The position numbers and the translations under genes were made by a program. The notes beneath the pieces are model-generated. The model was not told where the DNA came from, did not search any database, and saw only the letters and a program-made list of their open reading frames with translations. Below are positions 17,681-26,748 of a DNA stretch of 52,819 nt, one piece after another; positions within the stretch are counted from its first letter, which is position 1, and each line of letters starts with the position of its first letter. Source of the DNA: Thermoplasmata archaeon (GTDB taxonomy: Archaea > Thermoplasmatota > Thermoplasmata > Halarchaeoplasmatales > Halarchaeoplasmataceae); the NCBI GenBank assembly GCA_003551065.1, contig PULU01000092.1, positions 1 through 52,819 of the forward strand, in the 5' to 3' direction.

Positions 17681-18301
17681 TTATAGTTCTTGTTCGAAAT
17701 CTTCTACTTCGAATGGGAATTCTTCTCGTTCCTCGACGTTTCCCTTTATCATCGCCATCTCTCTAGCAAGTAGCCAAAATACCAATGCTAGTGCTTTTCT
17801 ACCTTTATTGTTAGTAGGTAGAGCGATATCGATATTCTCTAATCTATTATTCGTATCAACTAGACCTACTATGGGGATACCTATACCTATTGCTTCTCTC
17901 ACTGCTTGTCGATCAGCGGCGGGATCAACAACAACCATGACTTCTGGTTCGATAAAAGTATGAAGCGAAGGGTTTGTAAGGGTCCCGGGGATAAATCTTC
18001 CAGCGATGCTCATCGTTCCTACTACTTCCGAGAACGTTTCTATGGGTTTTTTACCGTATTGTCTCGCAGAAACTAAGAGTATCTTTTCTGGTGGATACCT
18101 AGATAAAAGTTTAGCTATGGATGTGATCCTGCTGTCACTCTTTTCTACATCTAAGACAAATAGACCATCATCTCTAACTTTAAAAATAAATGGCTCCATC
18201 GAAGCGCTTTTCTGTTGTGTTCCGATGTGAACTCCTGCGGTCAAATACTGTTCTTCTGGTATCAGCATATCCTCTTCATCTTCAACCATACCTTCTTCCA
18301 T
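17681..18301 (-). CDS. rps2: 30S ribosomal protein uS2
   Basis: [34 protein letters not shown]. Confidence 0.97.
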   Translation of the reverse strand: MEEGMVEDEEDMLIPEEQYLTAGVHIGTQQKSASMEPFIFKVRDDGLFVLDVEKSDSRITSIAKLLSRYPPEKILLVSARQYGKKPIETFSEVVGTMSIAGRFIPGTLTNPSLHTFIEPEVMVVVDPAADRQAVREAIGIGIPIVGLVDTNNRLENIDIALPTNNKGRKALALVFWLLAREMAMIKGNVEEREEFPFEVEDFEQEL

Positions 18302-18303
18302 TG

Positions 18304-18483
18304 TTATTCCTCTTTTAAAACTGAGATTGGTATAACACCTTTATCATATTCGGCTATTGCTATATCTACTGGATCGATTATATCCGATGGCACCTCGATT
18401 ATAGGTGGTGCTCCCATAGATATCTGTAAAGATCTTGCGCCTATTATCCTAGCCTTTTCAAATCTGGTGTGTTCCCTAGTCAT
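18304..18483 (-). CDS. rpoK: RNA polymerase subunit Rpo6 (K), 59 aa, absent from ORF track
   Basis: Hand translation [29 protein letters not shown]...[19 protein letters not shown]. Confidence 0.95.
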   Translation of the reverse strand: MTREHTRFEKARIIGARSLQISMGAPPIIEVPSDIIDPVDIAIAEYDKGVIPISVLKEE

Positions 18484-18588
18484 ATTTACTTATCCATCTA
18501 CCCAAAACAAAGTCATATAATAAGCTTTTTGTTCGGGGTCGGTCATTTTCCTTAATCTTATATACATCTTACGCTTAAGAACCCTAAG

Positions 18589-19209
18589 ATGTCAGATAAG
18601 ATCGTAGTTTTGCTTTCCGGAGGTATTGATTCTCCCGTAGCCGCACATCTATTCGCCGAAACGGGTGCAGATGTGGTACTATTGACTATAGATCATCGTC
18701 CCTTCACCGATGATAATACTATCGAAAATGTCTTCGATCTTATGTCTCACTTGAAAAAGCTTCACCCTACTATCCGATGTTTCAGTACGTCATTTGAACA
18801 GATCCACAAAATGATCACAAAGAAAACAAAAGAAAGTTTTAGATGTATATTATGTAGGCGTATGATGTATCGGGCCGCTGAGAAACTCTCAGAACAGATA
18901 GACGCATCATCCATCGGTACAGGTGAATCACTCGGTCAGGTGGCTTCTCAGACGTTATCAAATCTAGCAACTGAGGATGATGCTATTGATATGAACGTAC
19001 ACCGGCCTTTGATCGGCCTAGATAAAAACGAGATCATCGAGATCGCCAAAGATATCGGCACTTATGAGATATCGATCAGACCAGCTACATGCTGTCTACT
19101 CACTCCCTCTGGCCCCCGGATAAAGAGTAGGAAAAATGAAGTCTTTGAAGAAGAAAAGAAACTTGAGATCAGAGCTTTGATCGACAAATTAGAGTTTTAT
19201 GAGATCTGA
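18589..19209 (+). CDS. ThiI-like tRNA sulfurtransferase, PP-loop domain only
   Basis: LLSGGIDSPVA, CILCRRMM, TGESLGQVASQTL.NL, RPLIG.DK.EI...A..IGTY, CC; no N-terminal THUMP domain. Confidence 0.88.
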   Translation: MSDKIVVLLSGGIDSPVAAHLFAETGADVVLLTIDHRPFTDDNTIENVFDLMSHLKKLHPTIRCFSTSFEQIHKMITKKTKESFRCILCRRMMYRAAEKLSEQIDASSIGTGESLGQVASQTLSNLATEDDAIDMNVHRPLIGLDKNEIIEIAKDIGTYEISIRPATCCLLTPSGPRIKSRKNEVFEEEKKLEIRALIDKLEFYEI

Positions 19210-19220
19210 TAACCGACCCA

Positions 19221-20225
19221 TCATCTACCTATGTATTCTGAGTAAAGACTTTTTGCTTTATTGATATCTTCGGTCCCCTTAACTATAATCCGTCCGTCTT
19301 TAAAGATATTCAATTCGTACCCTTCCTTTTTTAATCTTAAAAGACTTTCACCGATTATTTTAGAATCTTCATATCTTTTCTCTAGGTTTTTAAGATCTAG
19401 TTCTTTTTTATCCGATGGTATAATCTGGATCGAATCTCTTCCACATAGTTCTATAGCTTCGTCATCCTCACTTTCTAAAAATTTAAAATCCCGGTCTTCA
19501 CAGCATCCGCAGTCATCTCTTTTTAGGACTTCAGTTTGTTCAAAGTCATTCCTCCAAAGGTCCACAGTGAGAAGGGAATTTCTGGTTTTTTCTCCTATCA
19601 AGAACTTAACCGCTTCTGTAGCAGCGATGTTTGCTATCACCTTGGGTAAAGAGAAAAGGATCCCTTCTGAAGCACATGTGCCCAAACTTTCAGAGTCTGG
19701 TTGGTGTGGTATGATACATCTCAGGCATGGAGAATCCTTTGAAACTATATTCATGGTCATACCGTAGGTGCCCAACACAGCTGAATATATCCAAGGAATA
19801 TCGTGTTTTATGCATGCGTCATTTAATAGATATCTTAGTTTCATATTATCGGAAGCATCCATCACAAGATCAGATCCTTCGATGAGCTCTTCGATATTTT
19901 TAGTGTTGACATCCATTACATGTGCTTTCAGATTGACGTCAGAATTAATACGTGTTAGTTTTTTTTCTGCTACTTCGGCTTTAGCTTTATTTATATCATC
20001 TTCTTCATACAGGGTCTGCCGCTGGAGATTAGATAATTCTACAAAATCTCTATCTACGATAGTGATTTCACCTACCCCACACCTGACCAACCCATCGGCA
20101 ATGACCGTTCCCAAAGCCCCCAAGCCGAGTATAGTGATATTGCTATCGTAGATCCTCTTCTGTCCCTCCTCTCCGATCTCTTTCAGCACTATCTGTCTAG
20201 AGTATCTTTCTTTAAATCCGTTCAT
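19221..20225 (-). CDS. ThiF/MoeB-family (E1-like) adenylyltransferase
   Basis: RYSRQ, GLGALG, DRDFVELSNLQRQ, CLRC, catalytic TCASEG, CGCC, C-terminal LCGRD extension. Confidence 0.92.
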   Translation of the reverse strand: MNGFKERYSRQIVLKEIGEEGQKRIYDSNITILGLGALGTVIADGLVRCGVGEITIVDRDFVELSNLQRQTLYEEDDINKAKAEVAEKKLTRINSDVNLKAHVMDVNTKNIEELIEGSDLVMDASDNMKLRYLLNDACIKHDIPWIYSAVLGTYGMTMNIVSKDSPCLRCIIPHQPDSESLGTCASEGILFSLPKVIANIAATEAVKFLIGEKTRNSLLTVDLWRNDFEQTEVLKRDDCGCCEDRDFKFLESEDDEAIELCGRDSIQIIPSDKKELDLKNLEKRYEDSKIIGESLLRLKKEGYELNIFKDGRIIVKGTEDINKAKSLYSEYIGR

Positions 20226-20320
20226 ACCATAACATATCTGACCTTAATAAATATATTTTTTCGAATGGCTATCATGACCAAGCAAAAATAATAAAGCAGT
20301 GGTATCAAATCTACTTATTG

Positions 20321-21982
20321 ATGAAAAGAAAATCGAAGGTGATATTATTATCATTGCTCTCGATAACCCTGATTTCTTTACTGTTGAGGACCATCCCCCT
20401 CTTCAGATATTCTATGTGGGGAATAGACTGCGGCGAATATATATATTATACGGGAAGATGGACTGAAACTGGTTCGTCTTATCTGAGTATAGACGGATGG
20501 GCCCAGGCTTATCCCTACTTCCCAGGGATGTTCGTCCTTAGCGGTAGTTTTGTTTTAATAAGTGGTTCCTCAACACTGGAAAGTACTGTGTTTTTGCCCG
20601 TCATCCTATCTTCATTTGTACCTCTAATGGTGTTTTTAGTATCCTATAAAATAACCAAAAGATGGAAACCCTCTTTGATAGCATCTATATTTTTAAGTGT
20701 CGTAGCCCCTTTTGTTTACAATCATTCTCAACCGAAACCCGAAACAGTAGGGGTTTTTATCATGATGATACTACTGATTTGCTTTGTGATGCTTTCTAAA
20801 AAGAGTAAAAAATTTTATTTATTGGTTATACCGACTGCCTTAGCTCTAGCGGTCACCCACCATCTTACTTCATATTTCTTGATATTATTCATGCTTGGCG
20901 GTATTTTTATATCCGAACTGTCTAAAAGAAGGACTGATAAAGATAACATTTACAGATTATTTGGTTATATCTCAGTAACAGCTATAGTCATATCCTTTTG
21001 GATGATCTATGCTGATCCATTCCGAGAAAGGAGAATATATCAAGCGCTAGGGACTCCTTCTTATTCTATAATCTTAGGACCTTTTGCAGTTCTTATAATT
21101 GCTTACATTTTAGTAAAGCTCAGGAGAAGGTCAGATTACGTACTACCGATAAACATTCATAAGCAGGATCTAAGGTCTTTTATAAAATTCGCAGTACCTG
21201 CTCTTTTGATTAGCAGTTTGTTATTATTGTTTGCAGGTTACTATAGGGTGCCGGGAAGAGATTTTAAACTGGGTCCACAGGTATTTTTCTATTTCCCTTT
21301 GATTTTCTTAGGTATACTTGCTGTAGAGGCAAGAAAGATAATCAAGTTTTTCAAAGATGGTATGCACGTCGTTGGATGGTTTTTGTTCGCTACGATATCC
21401 ATGATATTAGGTATAATCACTGAAGATTCTTCCCTTCTACCTATGAGACAACTCTCTTTCTTGATCTTACCATTAGCAATATTGTTGGGACTTGGGGTTG
21501 TTCAGGTCTTCGATCTGTATAATCCATTAAAGAAAAAATGGAAAACCACTGGGATGATCGTCTTGGTGATCCTGTTATTATCCTGGTCTATCCCTTTCAC
21601 GTATCCTGAGCAGGAAAGAGCTAGCGGTTATCACGAAGGTAGTGATTGGGAAGATGTCGAAGCAGCAATATGGAGCAGGAATTTGGACGGCAGGATCGCA
21701 ACTGATCATCGGATGAGCGCAGTCCTGTTTGCAGCGAGTAACCAAAATCTAACATGGGTCGATGGGTTCGATATGTATTTTTCTCCCGACCACGATGAGA
21801 TCCGTCGTGAATTAGATGAACTGAATATCAGTTACATATTATGGGACCAGGAGATGTTGAGGGGTGTAACAACTGCCCCTGGAGTCACCCCTTATCCTTT
21901 TGACGAATCAGCATTAGAATTTTATCGGCGAAATGATTATTCAATTTATAAAACTGAGGAATGCGAAGCATATATAGTATGA
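20321..21982 (+). CDS. Polytopic membrane protein, possible GT-C-type glycosyltransferase
   Basis: About 12 hydrophobic segments; G.D..EY motif after TM1, Y..FPG, KPET; soluble C-terminal domain. Confidence 0.55.
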   Translation: MKRKSKVILLSLLSITLISLLLRTIPLFRYSMWGIDCGEYIYYTGRWTETGSSYLSIDGWAQAYPYFPGMFVLSGSFVLISGSSTLESTVFLPVILSSFVPLMVFLVSYKITKRWKPSLIASIFLSVVAPFVYNHSQPKPETVGVFIMMILLICFVMLSKKSKKFYLLVIPTALALAVTHHLTSYFLILFMLGGIFISELSKRRTDKDNIYRLFGYISVTAIVISFWMIYADPFRERRIYQALGTPSYSIILGPFAVLIIAYILVKLRRRSDYVLPINIHKQDLRSFIKFAVPALLISSLLLLFAGYYRVPGRDFKLGPQVFFYFPLIFLGILAVEARKIIKFFKDGMHVVGWFLFATISMILGIITEDSSLLPMRQLSFLILPLAILLGLGVVQVFDLYNPLKKKWKTTGMIVLVILLLSWSIPFTYPEQERASGYHEGSDWEDVEAAIWSRNLDGRIATDHRMSAVLFAASNQNLTWVDGFDMYFSPDHDEIRRELDELNISYILWDQEMLRGVTTAPGVTPYPFDESALEFYRRNDYSIYKTEECEAYIV

Positions 21983-22040
21983 TATTTTAATCGAAACGTT
22001 TATTTTGGATAAGTAAGGATAAAGTATAGTAAAAGATAGA

Positions 22041-22562
22041 ATGTCAGCGAAAGAAAATATAAAAAAAGGACTAACTATTGTTCCTAGATTGATAAAAAAT
22101 GAATTCCATAAAAATAGAAGTTCAGTTCCTTTCTTGATGTGTATTGCATTTTTGATATCATTCGTAGGTGCTAGATTATGGGTGATATATCTCGGAGCCC
22201 ATGAAACCACGCCTCCACCCACTTCTATCGGTAGAAATGTTGTCCTTGGAGGTTATCACATCCATCATATAACCTATGGTATCATACTCATCTCGATTTC
22301 CGCATGGTTGTCCATAAATTATTGGAGTCGCTCGATAGTCAGGATCAGCTCCATATTATATGGGTTAGGACTTGGCCTTATAGTTGATGAACTGGGGTTC
22401 ATAATAGGCGGCATCGAGGCATATAGGGCAGACCGAGAAGTATTCTATCTTGCGGTACTGATAATAGTGATCCTGTTAAGTATAGTTTATTTCCCCTCTT
22501 TTTACAGCAGTATAAAAAGAGATCTGAAGAGATGGAAGCGGGTATTCCTAGAACGGTCTTGA
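22041..22562 (+). CDS. Small integral membrane protein with HIHH motif
   Basis: 4 TM segments; GGYHIHH..YG, G.GLGLIVDE. Confidence 0.75.
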   Translation: MSAKENIKKGLTIVPRLIKNEFHKNRSSVPFLMCIAFLISFVGARLWVIYLGAHETTPPPTSIGRNVVLGGYHIHHITYGIILISISAWLSINYWSRSIVRISSILYGLGLGLIVDELGFIIGGIEAYRADREVFYLAVLIIVILLSIVYFPSFYSSIKRDLKRWKRVFLERS

Positions 22563-22564
22563 AT

Positions 22565-23212
22565 TCAAGACCGTTCACATCTATCTTTTAAAGGACAGTA
22601 AGAACAGTTGGGACTTTTTTTACAGTACTTTTTTCCCAATTCTACCAGTAACGCATGGTATTCCTTGAAGAGATCAACATCCTTAGGTAATCTATTTTCG
22701 AACAGTTCCTGAAGTTCTTTGTATCTCATATTTAGACTAAAAACCCTTTTCATTATCCGCTGGGTATATGCATCTATGACAAAGACAGGTTTCTCTGCAG
22801 CATATAATACGATACTATCTGCAGTCTCGGGGCCGATGCCCTTGATATTTAGAAGTCTCCCTCTAAGATCGTCTCGGTCTAATGTGTTTTCAATACCACC
22901 ATTATCTAGTATAGCGTTGGCTAATCTTTTCAATCTTCTAGATTTCTGTTTATAGAATCCAGTAGGCTTTATAGCACCTTGGATCTCCTTTAATCCCGCA
23001 CTTTTAATCTTACTTGGGTCGATCATATCTTCATTCTTTAGATTATCGATAGCCTTCTCAACATTACTCCAGTTGACGTTCTGGGTCAGTATAGCACCTA
23101 CCATCATCTCAAATTTACTTTCTGCTGGCCACCAGTATTGTTTACCGAACTCATACTTTAGCGTTTCAAATATTCGAAGTAATTCTTCAGTACTTGTCAT
23201 CGTTCTAACCAT
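22565..23212 (-). CDS. HhH-GPD Fe-S DNA glycosylase (endonuclease III-related, MpgII/COG2231-like)
   Basis: WWP, GAILTQN..W, GFYKQK, LLNIKGIGPETADSI (Glu where Nth has the lyase Lys), VIDAY, C-X6-C-X2-C-X5-C. Confidence 0.88.
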   Translation of the reverse strand: MVRTMTSTEELLRIFETLKYEFGKQYWWPAESKFEMMVGAILTQNVNWSNVEKAIDNLKNEDMIDPSKIKSAGLKEIQGAIKPTGFYKQKSRRLKRLANAILDNGGIENTLDRDDLRGRLLNIKGIGPETADSIVLYAAEKPVFVIDAYTQRIMKRVFSLNMRYKELQELFENRLPKDVDLFKEYHALLVELGKKYCKKSPNCSYCPLKDRCERS

Positions 23213-23300
23213 ACTACATCAATATAAATTGTTTTTCTACTTTCATGTATCATTGATGTCTCCCCAAAAAGGTTAAGTTACTATCTTAAGATGACAAGAT

Positions 23301-24401
23301 ATGCGCAGTAAAGGTACCGTGGATCTTCCTTTACACGGTGGTAGAGCCCCCCGATGGTTATTCGAAAAGATGGTGAAACTGAGCAGATGTATAACTGAAA
23401 TAATGATAGAAGAATATGGAAGAAAAGAGTTTCTCGAAAGGATAACTGACCCATACTGGTTTCAGGCCCTATCCTGTACTATCGGTTTTGATTGGCACTC
23501 AAGTGGGACAACTACCACTACATGCGGCGCACTGAAAGTAGCTCTCGATCCTCAGGAACATGGTATAGTTTTCCTAGGAGGTAAAGGTAAAGCCAGTATG
23601 AAGACACCTGATGAGATCTCTACTATGGAGGACCATTTTTCTCTGCCTCCAAAAATTTATGATGAGTTATCACACACATCTAGATTGGTCGCAAAGATCG
23701 ATAATTCTTGTATACAGGACGATTATAATCTCTATCATCATTCTTTTATACTAGCTGAAACAGGGGATTGGGGTGTTATCCAACAGGGTATGAATACAGA
23801 TACCGGTTATGCTAGACGGTATCATTGGCTTTCTGATGAAATCAAAGAACTTATTGTGGAACCACATAAAGGTGTTTGTTGTGACAGGAAAGAATATGAT
23901 GTGTTGAATATGACAGATCGTGCCAGTGAAGAGGCTAGAAAGATATCAGTCGATCTGATAAATGATGATCCAGACCACATTAGAAAGTATTTAAGAAAAC
24001 ATGGCCAAACCACCCTTACAGGTTTTAAAGAAGAAATAGAGATGCCTAGTCGTCATCAAGTTATAGATATGGATATTTCAAGTGAAGGATGGAAGACTTT
24101 GAAAAGAGCCTATGAATTTCAACCATCGGATTATGAAGAGATGGTCTCTTTGAATGGCATGGGCCCCAAGAAGATTAGGGCCTTGGCTTTGGTATCTGAT
24201 TTGATATATGGTTCCGACCCCAGTTGGAAGGATCCTGTGAAATACAGTTTCGCGCATGGTGGTAAAGATGGAATCCCTTATCCTGTAGATGAGGAGGTGT
24301 ACGATAATACCATCGAGAATTTACGGTGTGTTTTAGATAAGACTGAAATTCAAGAAAAAACAAAAAAAAGAGCTCTAAAACGGTTGAGTGAATTAATTTG
24401 A
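23301..24401 (+). CDS. DUF763-family protein
   Basis: LPLHGG.AP.WL, GFDWHSSGTTT, QQGMN....ARRYHW, DPVKYSFAHGGKDG.PYPVD. Confidence 0.9.
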   Translation: MRSKGTVDLPLHGGRAPRWLFEKMVKLSRCITEIMIEEYGRKEFLERITDPYWFQALSCTIGFDWHSSGTTTTTCGALKVALDPQEHGIVFLGGKGKASMKTPDEISTMEDHFSLPPKIYDELSHTSRLVAKIDNSCIQDDYNLYHHSFILAETGDWGVIQQGMNTDTGYARRYHWLSDEIKELIVEPHKGVCCDRKEYDVLNMTDRASEEARKISVDLINDDPDHIRKYLRKHGQTTLTGFKEEIEMPSRHQVIDMDISSEGWKTLKRAYEFQPSDYEEMVSLNGMGPKKIRALALVSDLIYGSDPSWKDPVKYSFAHGGKDGIPYPVDEEVYDNTIENLRCVLDKTEIQEKTKKRALKRLSELI

Positions 24402-24486
24402 TATACCGATTAGGATGCTCTGGGATATGACCACAATCTTTATAACAAACTAATTTCATGAAAAAATAAAGGTAAATGGTGGTCAT

Positions 24487-25695
24487 TTGGAAGAAGAGGA
24501 TCTGAGGAACAGCTCGAAGAAGTTGACACAAAAAATTGATGAGATTCAGCGTAAGCACGAGCAACTTCTCGAGGAAACAAATACACAGAGCTTTAACGAT
24601 GATTACGTTAGGGCGGAACTTGAAAGATTGAAAAGAGATACTAGAGAGCTAAAGAAAGAGGTAGCTAGACTTAAAAAACCTCCACTTATAGTAGGAACTA
24701 TCAAAGAAGCAATGCCAAATGGCCAAGCCGTCATAGAGAGTTCTACTGGTCCAGATTTCATCGTAAATGTAGCAGATTACCTACCAAAGAAGTTGATCAA
24801 GTCCGGGACTAGAGTGGCACTCAATAAACAAACATTATCTGTTGTAAAGACACTCCCCCCATCAGCTGATCCAAGCGTGATGGGTGCTGAGATAGTTAAC
24901 AAACCTGAGATAACCTATGAAGATATTGGAGGTCTGACCGAACAGATCCGTGAAGTACAGGAAACCATAGAGGAACCCTTACTTTTCCCAGAAAAATTCA
25001 AAAATGTGGGGATCGACCCACCTAAAGGAGTCCTTTTAGTAGGTCCACCTGGTACAGGTAAGACGATGATCGCCAAAGCTGCAGCTCACAGGACCAATGC
25101 AACCTTCATCAAGTTTGTGGGTTCTGAACTTGTTCAAAAGTATATCGGTGAGGGAGCTAGGATGGTTAGGGAACTTTTTGATATGGCTAGAGATAAAGCT
25201 CCATCTATTATCTTTATAGACGAACTCGATTCAGTAGCAACGAAAAGATTAGAAGGGGCTACATCAGGTGATAGAGAGGTACAGCGAACTATGATGCAGT
25301 TACTTTCAGAACTGGATGGTTTTGATTCTGTAGGCGAGATCAAAGTTATGGGAGCCACCAATAGACCTGAACTTTTAGACAAGGCACTTTTAAGGCCAGG
25401 TCGTTTTGATAGGATCATCAAGATACCTCTCCCCGATGTGGAAGCTAGGAAAAAGATATTTGAGATCCACATGATGAATATGTCTCTAGAAGAAGAAATA
25501 AATATAGACCGACTAGCCAGGAAAACCGATAACGCTAGCGGAGCAGATATCAAGGCTATATGCACAGAAGCGGGCATGTTTTCTATCAGAGATGATAGAG
25601 ATAGCACCAATTACAATGATTTCCTAAAATCAATAGATAAAGTACTGAGCGAGTCGCCTGAAAGGGAGATAAAAAAGCAAGTTATGTTCGCCTAA
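24487..25695 (+). CDS. pan: Proteasome-activating nucleotidase
   Basis: N-terminal coiled coil plus OB, GPPGTGKT, IFIDELD, ATNR...LLRPGRFDR; C-terminal HbYX-like MFA; TTG start. Confidence 0.95.
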   Translation: MEEEDLRNSSKKLTQKIDEIQRKHEQLLEETNTQSFNDDYVRAELERLKRDTRELKKEVARLKKPPLIVGTIKEAMPNGQAVIESSTGPDFIVNVADYLPKKLIKSGTRVALNKQTLSVVKTLPPSADPSVMGAEIVNKPEITYEDIGGLTEQIREVQETIEEPLLFPEKFKNVGIDPPKGVLLVGPPGTGKTMIAKAAAHRTNATFIKFVGSELVQKYIGEGARMVRELFDMARDKAPSIIFIDELDSVATKRLEGATSGDREVQRTMMQLLSELDGFDSVGEIKVMGATNRPELLDKALLRPGRFDRIIKIPLPDVEARKKIFEIHMMNMSLEEEINIDRLARKTDNASGADIKAICTEAGMFSIRDDRDSTNYNDFLKSIDKVLSESPEREIKKQVMFA

Positions 25696-25704
25696 GTGAT
25701 ATTT

Positions 25705-25866
25705 TTATTCATCTATTTTTTCAACATCTTCTTCTATTATCAAAACTCCGATGTAGTCACAATCCCTACATTGATATTTATATCCAGTCATCATACCCGC
25801 TATTGTAATGACGTCCGTACTACCACATTTTGGGCACCTTTTGATTTTTCTAGTTATAGTTATCAT
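25705..25866 (-). CDS. 53-aa zinc-ribbon microprotein, absent from ORF track
   Basis: Hand translation MITITRKIKRCPKCGSTDVITIAGMMTGYKYQCRDCDYIGVLIIEEDVEKIDE*; CPxCG...CxxC. Confidence 0.85.
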   Translation of the reverse strand: MITITRKIKRCPKCGSTDVITIAGMMTGYKYQCRDCDYIGVLIIEEDVEKIDE

Positions 25867-25877
25867 CCTTTTTTAGG

Positions 25878-26082
25878 GGTTGTCCCCTGGCCGTAACAGT
25901 AGGGTTCATCGTTTGGGACATCCATCTCCCCGTCCTGACTCTAACCAGGGGCATGTTCGGTCCTGGGGTTGTTCCTCGGTCACAGGAGGACAGCTCGTCC
26001 TGACCTCACAAGGGGACCCATCAGAACCATGTCCTGCACTTGCATCACGGTTCATCGTCCTGGGAAACTCATCGTGACCTTC
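25878..26082 (-). ncRNA. Structured sRNA, probable box H/ACA guide RNA with K-turns
   Basis: GC-rich island; 9-bp stem (25951-25943/25892-25884) directly followed by ACA; pocket AGAGTCA/GTTAC 14 nt from ACA; K-turn motifs at 25926-25906 and 26064-26017; TATA-like TATAATA near 26118-26112. Ends approximate. Confidence 0.65.
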
Positions 26083-26206
26083 TATACAGGACAATAAAAA
26101 TATGTGCAAAGTATTATATCAATCCTCCGGAAAACTGGAATAAAGACGAAAAGTATAAATAATTTGGAATTTAGATATTTACATAATCTGGCGATGGAGG
26201 AACCTA

Positions 26207-26686
26207 ATGCCAAAAGGCCAGTACAGCGACGAAAGAATATTGCTAATCGCAAGCTATCGAGAGGAATATGACAAAAAAGCTCTCAGAAAGATTAAGAGAC
26301 TTATTTTAAAGATCAAACCTGATAGGGTAATAGTTACGAAGATCATAGAAGAGGAATCCACTCCAGAACTTGTAGATGCCGCTATTGGTATGGAAGAGAA
26401 GAAAGATTTTTTAGAGACCGTTCGTGAAGAAAAAAAGCACAAAGCGGATGAATATGCAGAAGGTTTGGTCAAGTTACTGAAATCTATGGATATGCCTACT
26501 GAAGTCCGTTTGAGGAAGACTGACCACATCTCAGAAGAGATAATCGACGATTATCAGAAGATCGGAGTTGATTACGTTATAATACACAGGAAGACAAAGG
26601 ACCCAATAAGCAGAGCATTGGGTGGTTCGACTGCAAAGAAAGTAAAAAAAGAACTACCTGATAAAAAAGTGATACCTGTAGATTGA
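26207..26686 (+). CDS. Universal stress protein (UspA-like)
   Basis: RILLIA at N-terminus, ISEEII......VDYVII, ALGGSTAKKV....KVIPV; SD GGAGG. Confidence 0.75.
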   Translation: MPKGQYSDERILLIASYREEYDKKALRKIKRLILKIKPDRVIVTKIIEEESTPELVDAAIGMEEKKDFLETVREEKKHKADEYAEGLVKLLKSMDMPTEVRLRKTDHISEEIIDDYQKIGVDYVIIHRKTKDPISRALGGSTAKKVKKELPDKKVIPVD

Positions 26687-26748
26687 TTTTTTCGGTTTAC
26701 ACATACTTATCCAAAAATCTTTTATTACATCCTAAGAGATGTTGGACT

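Noticed and set aside
25876-26092. SRP RNA, RNase P RNA or cobalamin riboswitch
   Set aside because: No SRP helix-8 motif, no RNase P P4 halves, and cobalamin-like fragments are incomplete and in the wrong order.
25876-26109. ORF-track entries 25880-26077 (+) and 25906-26109 (-) as proteins
   Set aside because: Pro/Ser/Gly/Arg-rich and unlike host proteins; better explained by a GC-rich structured RNA.
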